From Nostoc sp. (GTDB lineage: Bacteria > Cyanobacteriota > Cyanobacteriia > Cyanobacteriales > Nostocaceae), in NCBI GenBank assembly GCA_036918135.1, contig JBALDB010000003.1:52337-116336 (forward strand): DNA of 64,000 nt. The letters are read 5' to 3'. The position numbers and the translations under genes were made by a program. The notes under the pieces are model-generated. The model was given only the letters and a program-made list of their open reading frames with translations, searched no databases and was not told where the DNA came from. Within the stretch, counting starts at the first letter, position 1. The number at the start of each line of letters is the position of its first letter. Below are positions 22,075 to 29,287 of the stretch, piece by piece.

Positions 22075-22088
22075 AGAACAATCGTACT
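22075..22088 (-). promoter_or_regulatory. Cyanobacterial LexA box upstream of uvrA
   Basis: Minus strand AGTACGATTGTTCT fits the RGTAC-N3-DGTWCB consensus. Confidence 0.8.
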
Positions 22089-22279
22089 GTTTTACATACT
22101 TATTGAGCATTGGGCATTAGGAGTGCTGTTAGCGGTAGCGGGGCGTTTAGCCCGTTAGGAGTTAAGAATTATTCTCCGCCTCAGAGCGTCTTTCCATCTG
22201 TTCTTCTCTTTGCGCCTCTGCGCCTCTGCTTGCAAAAATCATCCCCCAACTATACAAAGCCGCTTTTAATACCAAATTC

Positions 22280-22900
22280 CTACAAACTCCATGCAGCTTG
22301 AAAAAAGTCATACTCACACAACATCGCATAACGGTAGGTTGAATGCACAACAGTATTGGTTGTGGCATAATTGTCAACCAAATTTTCTAATTGTTGTGCC
22401 AATGGCTGAAAATCGGCGCTACTGTAAGTCCGAATCCAGTCTGCATATTGATGATTTGGGATGCCATTAACAGCTAACTGTTCTCCCAAAAAAGCATACA
22501 AACCCATACAGGGAGACATAGCCGCAGCTGTTAAACTCACATCTCGACCCCAAGCAGTTGCTAATAAAAAATCAGTATAGTGGCGGGTAGCAGCTCCAGG
22601 TTCCACAGAATACAAATTAACTCCCCACTGGGAAGCATAACTACTATGCAATTGGAGTTCTGTTAAAACTCCATCAGCTAAGTTATGAAATTTCGTGAAA
22701 CCTTCCCAATCTGGTGCTTTAGCTGCGGCGATACTATAGGCACGGGCAAAAGCCTCTAAGAAAAAAGCATCTTGCCCTACGTAGTAAGCAAACTTTGCTT
22801 GCTCAAGACTACCATCACCAATGCCTCGAACAAAAGGATGCTCTAGACAGGCTTTGGCTAAATCTTGATTTGCCATCCATAATTCATTGGATAAAGTCAT
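22280..22900 (-). CDS. tenA: TenA/Thi4 family protein (thiaminase II-like)
   Basis: HPFV..I..GSL, YVGQDAFFL, PCM.LY, Y..WI.TY, EYDFF. Confidence 0.85.
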   Translation of the reverse strand: MTLSNELWMANQDLAKACLEHPFVRGIGDGSLEQAKFAYYVGQDAFFLEAFARAYSIAAAKAPDWEGFTKFHNLADGVLTELQLHSSYASQWGVNLYSVEPGAATRHYTDFLLATAWGRDVSLTAAAMSPCMGLYAFLGEQLAVNGIPNHQYADWIRTYSSADFQPLAQQLENLVDNYATTNTVVHSTYRYAMLCEYDFFQAAWSL

Positions 22901-22939
22901 TTGTCATTTGTTAATAGTTAACAATCATCTCGCCACTCT

Positions 22940-23710
22940 CTAAAAAGGTAAAAACTGAAGCAAGAGTGAACCAACACTTCCCAAAAAGTCAACAAAACTA
23001 GGCTTACCAGAGCTTACCTTTTCAGTATAGGGTGTTTGCAGTTCTTTCATAAAAGCCTGGGCTGTTTGGGTTCCAGGGGTATTATTTTGGGATGTAAACA
23101 ATTTTTCGGCAGCTTGGGCATCTACGAATGCACCTTGTCTATCTAATATTTGGTAGCGGGCGACACCACGAGCTAGATAAGCACCTGCATATTCTGGTTT
23201 AATGGCGATCGCTTGACTAAAATAACTAATTGCTTGCTGTTGGTTGCCTTTTTCTGCTTCTGCTACGCCCCAAGCATAGAAATCCTCTGGTGAAGCAATT
23301 TGTGATGGTATACCAATTGCGCCCTGGAAGTTAGCGCCATTCAGGTAAGCACCATTCAATTGTGCGTTTGTAAGATAGGAATTTCTCAAATCAGCACCCG
23401 CCAAGTTTGCGCCACTAAATCTAGCCTCACTTAGGTTAACACCAAATAAACTAGTGCCGCTCAAGTTTGCACCCCGCAAATCAGCACCGCTCAAGTTGGC
23501 GCGGCTGAGGTTTGCACCTGCAAGATTAGCGCCGCTCAAATTCGCTCCAGATAAATCAGCCATCACTAAACCGGCATTAGTCAAATCACAGTTTTGACAC
23601 TGTTTGGTTGCCAATAACTGTCTAACGTGTTCCGAATTCGCGGCTTGTACGGTTGTCGTCAAACTAATTGTAGTTAAAAATGTGGCTGTAGCGAGAATTT
23701 GGCTTTTCAT
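22940..23710 (-). CDS. Exported pentapeptide-repeat protein with C-terminal TPR
   Basis: Signal peptide, CQNCDL, A(N/D)LSG repeats, then TPR helices. Confidence 0.9.
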   Translation of the reverse strand: MKSQILATATFLTTISLTTTVQAANSEHVRQLLATKQCQNCDLTNAGLVMADLSGANLSGANLAGANLSRANLSGADLRGANLSGTSLFGVNLSEARFSGANLAGADLRNSYLTNAQLNGAYLNGANFQGAIGIPSQIASPEDFYAWGVAEAEKGNQQQAISYFSQAIAIKPEYAGAYLARGVARYQILDRQGAFVDAQAAEKLFTSQNNTPGTQTAQAFMKELQTPYTEKVSSGKPSFVDFLGSVGSLLLQFLPF

Positions 23711-24010
23711 ATTTGCGTAATATTTCTTACTCAAAACTCAAGATTAACCGAGATAGATTTATACCTCAGCCTATGATATGAGCAATCTGAATAGTTTGCC
23801 CTCTGTAGTTGCCTATATCACTTGTCAAGTTGAAGCGGAGTAAAAACTCGCTAGTACAGTGGGCGTAGAAATAAACAGGCCATACCCTCCATAAAGCCCC
23901 TTCATCTTTCTTTAAAAGAATTATCATTATTGTTTGGGGAACAGTTTATTTTCTGGAAGTCCCTAAGAAGTTATAAAATTTATAGTTGCACTTGAAGTGT
24001 AGTAAGCAAA

Positions 24011-24047
24011 AAGCTCTGCCTTTAGTTGTTTGGAGGAGGCAGAGCTT
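24011..24047 (-). terminator. Probable intrinsic terminator of the 24113-24388 gene
   Basis: AAGCTCTGCCT / AGGCAGAGCTT inverted repeat followed by a T-run on the minus strand. Confidence 0.6.
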
Positions 24048-24112
24048 GAGTAACTGCATTTATCAGCTAGAGTTGAGAAATGAGGTAGATAAGTTGTTTA
24101 AGTTTTGTTAGT

Positions 24113-24388
24113 CTAATTTCCGTCTAATTGGTTCTCTCCAACCATTCCAGTTGCTTCTAAAGCTAGCTCACCTGCTGTGTAGAGTCCAAGTGCTGTCATT
24201 CCTCCGGCCTGAGTCACTGCGCTGCCTGCATTATTCAAAGTTTTGATTACAACATGATCGAATCCTTTTTTAAATTTCTTCAAAAAACTTTTACCTCCTG
24301 TTAATTGTTCGCAGTATTCATCTGATAATACTTCAAACAATTCTTCTTGGTTTTCAATTGTCAGGTTTTCATTTTTGTTTATAGACAT
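24113..24388 (-). CDS. Putative bacteriocin/RiPP precursor with double-glycine leader
   Basis: Strong RBS GAAGGAGA; leader ...ELFEVLSDEYCEQLTGG followed by cationic KSFLKKFKK and a Gly/Ala-rich core. Confidence 0.65.
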   Translation of the reverse strand: MSINKNENLTIENQEELFEVLSDEYCEQLTGGKSFLKKFKKGFDHVVIKTLNNAGSAVTQAGGMTALGLYTAGELALEATGMVGENQLDGN

Positions 24389-25009
24389 GGTTAGTTCTCC
24401 TTCAATATAAAAAATATAAGAATTTGCTTGTTACATATTGAGCCAGAAAAATATGGTTTTTTGGCTCTTACTATTAAATAGATTAAAGAAAAATAATCTA
24501 TCTGCACAGACTTGACAATCCACATTTTGAGAGATAGCAGCTATTAGTAAAAAATTTTTGCTCTTAATTCAGTATTTATTTGGTTCATTTTTTGGAATTA
24601 AGCTTAGTAAGTAAATTTCAGGAATTTCATCCGATATATAACCTTTGTTACTACAATTATCAAGCTTTTCAATATCCAATATTTATCATTAATTTTTAGA
24701 TAAATAATGTTTATAAAGCCATCATGAATTAGTTGTAGTCTTACATAATTTATTTAAAGTTATCAATAAACTTTCTAAGTTATTTCTACTTATTTACCCT
24801 GAAATTGATTTTTTGAGCAGGTATTAATTGGCGTAGAGTATAGCTGGTTTGAAATCGTAGTGTCTCAGGAAGTCTTGGATTTCGCGGGTGTTATAACCCT
24901 GATTGACCAGATAGTAACCGTGACAGTGGACTTTGATATCAGTTGCGTAAGTCCCGATCGCCAATGACTAATGAGATATAAATTGAGATCGGCACTGTTT
25001 CGGTAAGGC

Positions 25010-26488
25010 TCAGCTTGATGAGACGAATTCGTTACTGTGCGGCAAAGTGAGGGTGAATGCTGTTTGACCAACAGATGTTGTTGAGTCAAGGGTGAGATCC
25101 CCACGATGTGCCCGGACAATTTCACGGGCTAGGCTCAGTCCCAGTCCAATTCCTTCTACTTTGCGGGTGCGGGCAGGATCGCTGCGATAAAAGCGGTCAA
25201 AAAGCCGGAAGCGATCGCTGGCTGGAATATCAATTGAAGCATTGGTAATTGTGATGTAAAGGGTTGTTTGAGTTTGAGTAGCGTGAATTTTTATCCAACC
25301 GTGGGCGAGATTATATTTGATGGCATTACTCAAGAGGTTTTGCAGAACTTGAATTAGGAGGTCGCGATCGCCTTGTACCTTGAGACCATCAGGAATGTCG
25401 GTTTGCAGGCTCAAATGAGGAGCCAGCAGTTCTACATCCTCTACCATTTCCCCAAGCAGCTGTGACATATCCACTTCAACTAGATACAAGCTCATTTGTC
25501 CTGCATCTGCCAAAGATAGCAGCAAAAGTTTCCGCATAATGCCGCTTAAGCGACGCACTTCATCCAACAGATTGCTTAAGCGCTGTTGTACTTCCGATCC
25601 AGGTTCAACCTGTTGTAGTGTTCGTTCGAGTTCGCCTTGGAGAATGGTTAGTGGAGTTTTCAACTCGTGAGCAGCATCAGCACTAAAGCGAGAAGCTTGT
25701 GTAAAACTGCGTTCCAGGCGTTCTAGCATTTGGTTAAATACTCGAATCAGTTCGACAAATTCAACATCCGTTGTCCCAATGGGAATCCGCCGATCTAGTC
25801 CTTGGACGGTTACCTGTTGAATGACGCCTGTTAATTGACCGATGGGATGCAAGGCACTACCAGCAACCACCCATGCCCCGATGGCAACCAGCAAAAGCGC
25901 TCCTGGAATTGATACAAGAAAGATATTGCGAATAATAGCCATCTCTTGGTTGACGGCTTCCAGGTTAACGGCAATGGCAACCCGAATATTAGGAAATCTC
26001 GCTGTGCCAATCCGCCAAGTTCCTGTTGTTGTCTGCTGGGAGACAAATTGAGGTGGGCGTGGGGGAGGAAAAGGTGGATTTGTATTCTCTGCTATGGGTG
26101 ATCGTTCTTTTTTCGGGGGCGGTGGTACAGGTATCAAGCTAATCTGCCGAAGTAACAAACGATTCAAGTCGAGGTCGGTTTGCACTTCCTTGGATTGGTA
26201 AACTGTGTTGCTGTTTGCGTCAACTGCTAAAAGTGCAATCCGAGTTTTTGTATTTGTTCCTAAGGTGTGGGTTAATGACTTTTCGTAGCGTTGCCATTGC
26301 TGTGGTTCGGGTGGACGTTCGGGTGGACGGCTTGCCCGCATTAATTGATTTAACAATTCTGCATCAAGGCGGCTGATCTTAGCCTCGTAAATCTGAAACC
26401 AAGAGACTGCACCAAACCCAACTAATGCACCTCCAGCTAAACCCGCAGACAACAAAGCAATTCGGAGTCGAAACGAGGGGCGTTTCAT
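25010..26488 (-). CDS. Membrane sensor histidine kinase (HAMP-HisKA-HATPase), CusS/CzcS-like
   Basis: Two TM segments, FSADAAHELKTPL H-box, NLLSNAIKY, FDRFYRSD, GLGLSL; start overlaps the regulator stop. Confidence 0.92.
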   Translation of the reverse strand: MKRPSFRLRIALLSAGLAGGALVGFGAVSWFQIYEAKISRLDAELLNQLMRASRPPERPPEPQQWQRYEKSLTHTLGTNTKTRIALLAVDANSNTVYQSKEVQTDLDLNRLLLRQISLIPVPPPPKKERSPIAENTNPPFPPPRPPQFVSQQTTTGTWRIGTARFPNIRVAIAVNLEAVNQEMAIIRNIFLVSIPGALLLVAIGAWVVAGSALHPIGQLTGVIQQVTVQGLDRRIPIGTTDVEFVELIRVFNQMLERLERSFTQASRFSADAAHELKTPLTILQGELERTLQQVEPGSEVQQRLSNLLDEVRRLSGIMRKLLLLSLADAGQMSLYLVEVDMSQLLGEMVEDVELLAPHLSLQTDIPDGLKVQGDRDLLIQVLQNLLSNAIKYNLAHGWIKIHATQTQTTLYITITNASIDIPASDRFRLFDRFYRSDPARTRKVEGIGLGLSLAREIVRAHRGDLTLDSTTSVGQTAFTLTLPHSNEFVSSS

Positions 26489-27168
26489 AGTTTCTCGTCT
26501 GGTTTGCGAAACCGATATCCAACCCCGCGAATGCTTTCGATTGGGCCTGCTTCATCAACGGGGTCAATTTTTTTGCGAATTCGCTGGATACAAACATCCA
26601 CAACGTTGGTGTTGGGGTTAAAGTCGTAGCCCCAAACATGTTCCAGGATTTGAGTACGGGTGAAAACTCGGCCAGGAGAACGCATAAGATATTCCAGAAG
26701 ATTAAACTCACGGGTGGTAAGTTCGATCGCTCGTTGATTGTAAGTGACTTCCCGTGCGATGCGATCGAGCTTGAGCGACCCAACCACTAGTAAATTTTGG
26801 CGATCGCCCACACTCCGGCGCACAACAGCATGAATTCGAGCCGCTAGTTCTTCCACAAAAAACGGTTTGGCAATATAATCATCGGCTCCCAAATTCAACC
26901 CGGACAAGCGATCGTCGAGTTCATTACGAGCCGTTAATAAAATTACTGGTGTATTTTGCCCTGAGTGCCGTAGTTGTTTGAGAATCGATAGCCCATCCTT
27001 ACCTGGCACCATGATGTCAAGTACGATGGCATCGTATTCGTTATCTAATGCCCGCAGATATCCTTCATCACCGTTGTCGCAGTAGTCTACAACAAATCCC
27101 TGCTCCTTCAATCCAGCCCGGACGAAGTTAGCAATTTTGGCTTCATCTTCGACAAACAAAATGTTCAC
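26485..27168 (-). CDS. OmpR-family response regulator, CusR/CzcR-like
   Basis: ILFVEDE, LDIMVP, LGADDYIAKPF; wHTH VWGYDF...NVVDVCI..IRKKID...IRGVGY. Confidence 0.95.
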   Translation of the reverse strand: MNILFVEDEAKIANFVRAGLKEQGFVVDYCDNGDEGYLRALDNEYDAIVLDIMVPGKDGLSILKQLRHSGQNTPVILLTARNELDDRLSGLNLGADDYIAKPFFVEELAARIHAVVRRSVGDRQNLLVVGSLKLDRIAREVTYNQRAIELTTREFNLLEYLMRSPGRVFTRTQILEHVWGYDFNPNTNVVDVCIQRIRKKIDPVDEAGPIESIRGVGYRFRKPDEKL

Positions 27169-27226
27169 AAATTATTGATTACTTGACAAACATTACTCCA
27201 TTCTAAATTCATTACTCTTTGACTCA

Positions 27227-27244
27227 AATTACAAAAATGTAATT
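27227..27244. promoter_or_regulatory. Palindromic regulator box AATTACAAAAATGTAATT (copy 1) in the divergent promoter
   Basis: ATTACA-N4-TGTAAT inverted repeat, repeated at 28458-28477. Confidence 0.7.
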
Positions 27245-27314
27245 CGCAAACCAAGCAAGTTGTAATTTTGGGGTGGCTTAATCAAAAATGTAAGCAACAT
27301 CGAGGTTAACGATA

Positions 27315-27584
27315 ATGAATATTCGTCGAGTCTTAGCTGTAGTAGGGATTCCTTTGATAATTGGTACATTTGGTTTTGTTGCGCCCCAAGCAAATGCCCA
27401 ATCTCCATCCAATCCCAAACCAGAGATTTCACAACAACGTCCCAGACCGGAAAATGAATTGCAAAAACCCCATAAAAAACTACAAATCAAGCATCAGCAA
27501 CGACACCAAAAGCTGAAAAAACATCCTCCCCAACCTCAAAATCAAGGCGCAGTTCAAAATCGAATACCACACAATAACCGTTAA
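27315..27584 (+). CDS. Small exported His/Gln/Lys/Pro-rich protein
   Basis: GAGG RBS; Sec signal ending ANA; N-terminus paralogous to the 28551 gene. Confidence 0.75.
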   Translation: MNIRRVLAVVGIPLIIGTFGFVAPQANAQSPSNPKPEISQQRPRPENELQKPHKKLQIKHQQRHQKLKKHPPQPQNQGAVQNRIPHNNR

Positions 27585-27664
27585 CAATCAAGAATTCAGG
27601 AGTTCCTCACCAAGAGTGATTCTGACTGCTGAATTCTCAATTCTGAATTCTTTTTCAAAGCAGG

Positions 27665-28426
27665 GTGATGAAAAATAACAATCGCCAATTAGCTCGGATT
27701 TTCCGACGCAGAGATGTACTTGCTCTATTTCGGGCAGCTGGAACGGTAATACTTGCGGTTGGATGTATACCGAGAAAGTCGAGTCTAGCTGGAATCACAC
27801 CATCTGTAATCAATTCTGCTATGTTACCTGCGTGTGTTGTAAGTCCACAACAAACCGAAGGCCCCTATTTTGTGGATGAAAAGCTTAACCGCTCGGATAT
27901 CCGTTCCGATCCTACGAATGGTTTAGTGAAATTAGGGACACCACTGCATTTGACACTGCACATTTCTCAAACTGGCAGTACTGGCTGTACGCCCCTTGGA
28001 GGTGCGATCGTAGATGTTTGGCACTGTGATGTACTAGGTGTCTATTCAGACGTGGCAGATCCAAATTTTGGTACCGTCGGTCAAAAGTTCTTACGCGGCT
28101 ATCAAGTCAGCAATGCCAATGGAACTGTTGAGTTCATAACCATTTATCCCGGTTGGTATGAAGGCAGAACTGTCCATATTCACTTTAAGGTTCGCACGGA
28201 TGGGACATTAACGCAGGGTTACGAGTTTACGTCCCAGCTATACTTTGATGACTCAATTACTGATGAGGTACATAGCCAGACACCTTACACCAGCAAGGGA
28301 CAGCGCACCCTAAAGAATGCTGATGACAGTATTTTTGCTGATGGTGGCGAGCAAATGTTGCTCAAGCTCGTTAAGAATGGACAAGGTTATGCAGCAACTT
28401 TTAATGTTGGGCTGAAGGTTACGTAA
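27665..28426 (+). CDS. Intradiol ring-cleavage dioxygenase-like protein with Tat-type signal
   Basis: RRRDVL twin-Arg; TEGPYF, VWHCD..GVYS, LRGYQ, TIYPGWY.GR..HIHFKV (Tyr/Tyr/His/His iron ligands). Confidence 0.88.
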   Translation: MMKNNNRQLARIFRRRDVLALFRAAGTVILAVGCIPRKSSLAGITPSVINSAMLPACVVSPQQTEGPYFVDEKLNRSDIRSDPTNGLVKLGTPLHLTLHISQTGSTGCTPLGGAIVDVWHCDVLGVYSDVADPNFGTVGQKFLRGYQVSNANGTVEFITIYPGWYEGRTVHIHFKVRTDGTLTQGYEFTSQLYFDDSITDEVHSQTPYTSKGQRTLKNADDSIFADGGEQMLLKLVKNGQGYAATFNVGLKVT

Positions 28427-28457
28427 TTTGAGTACAGGGTTTCTAATTAAGTGACAA

Positions 28458-28477
28458 AAATTACAAAATTGTAATTT
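28458..28477. promoter_or_regulatory. Palindromic regulator box AAATTACAAAATTGTAATTT (copy 2)
   Basis: Near-perfect inverted repeat within a promoter block duplicated from about 27226-27325. Confidence 0.7.
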
Positions 28478-28550
28478 CCAAGCAAGGCAATTTGTAATTT
28501 TGAGTTAGTTCAATCAGAAATGTAAACAATCTATCTTTTGGGTGTTAATT

Positions 28551-29183
28551 ATGAATATTCGTAAAATGTTAGTCCTAGCAGCGATTCCTGTTTGGTTTGG
28601 TACATTCGGTTTTTCACTTCATCAAGCAAATGCTGCTAATCAATTTCAGCAAATTGCTCAAGCAACAGATGCTCCCAACCAACCACCTTCAGAAAAGCCG
28701 CGTCCGCCTCGTCCCGATTTTAAGGCGGCGGCGGCGAAGTTAGGTGTGACGGAAGCTCAGTTAAAAGCTGCGCTGGGAGTGCCTGCTAATCCTCCTGGTC
28801 AAGCTAACGGCAATCAGCGTCCGCCTCGTCCTGATTTTAAGGCAGCTGCGGCGAAGTTGGGAGTGACGGAAGCTCAGTTAAAAGCAGCGCTGGGAGTTCC
28901 TGCTAATCCTCCTGGTCAAGCTAACGGCAATCATCGTCCGCCTCATCCTGATTTTAAAGCGGCGGCAGCAAAGTTGGGGGTGACTGAAGCTCAGTTAAAA
29001 GCTGCGCTAGGAGTTCCTGCTAATCCTCCTAGTCAACCTAACGGCAATCAGCGTCCGCCTCGTCCTGATTTTAAGGCGGCGGCGGCAAAGCTGGGAGTAA
29101 CAGAACAACAGTTGATCCAAGCTTTGGGTATTCCGCCTCACCCTCAAGGCGATCGCCAAGCACCTCCCCCTCCAAACAGGTAG
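28551..29183 (+). CDS. Exported protein of four 39-aa tandem repeats (RPPRPDFKAAAAKLGVTEAQLKAALG...)
   Basis: Signal peptide ending ANA; 117-bp DNA period (28701, 28818, 28935, 29052). Confidence 0.85.
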   Translation: MNIRKMLVLAAIPVWFGTFGFSLHQANAANQFQQIAQATDAPNQPPSEKPRPPRPDFKAAAAKLGVTEAQLKAALGVPANPPGQANGNQRPPRPDFKAAAAKLGVTEAQLKAALGVPANPPGQANGNHRPPHPDFKAAAAKLGVTEAQLKAALGVPANPPSQPNGNQRPPRPDFKAAAAKLGVTEQQLIQALGIPPHPQGDRQAPPPPNR

Positions 29184-29228
29184 TTTAGTAATTAAGCCAA
29201 GAAATTATCGTGATTCTGATTTAAATAA

Positions 29229-29256
29229 GTAGGGTAGCATGGCTGTGCTACCCTAC
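29229..29256. repeat. REP-like palindrome GTAGGGTAGCA-N6-TGCTACCCTAC (relative at 16319-16346)
   Basis: Perfect 11-bp inverted repeat between convergent genes. Confidence 0.75.
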
Positions 29257-29287
29257 TTTATTTCACTGAATTGAAAACAGTTAGAGT

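Noticed and set aside
22900..22940. Possible TPP riboswitch ahead of tenA
   Set aside because: Only about 40 bp of STRR-like spacer; no riboswitch core visible
28701..29130. Regular 117-bp repeats as a possible CRISPR-like array
   Set aside because: Units are contiguous, in frame and lack unique spacers; they are coding repeats, and no cas genes are present
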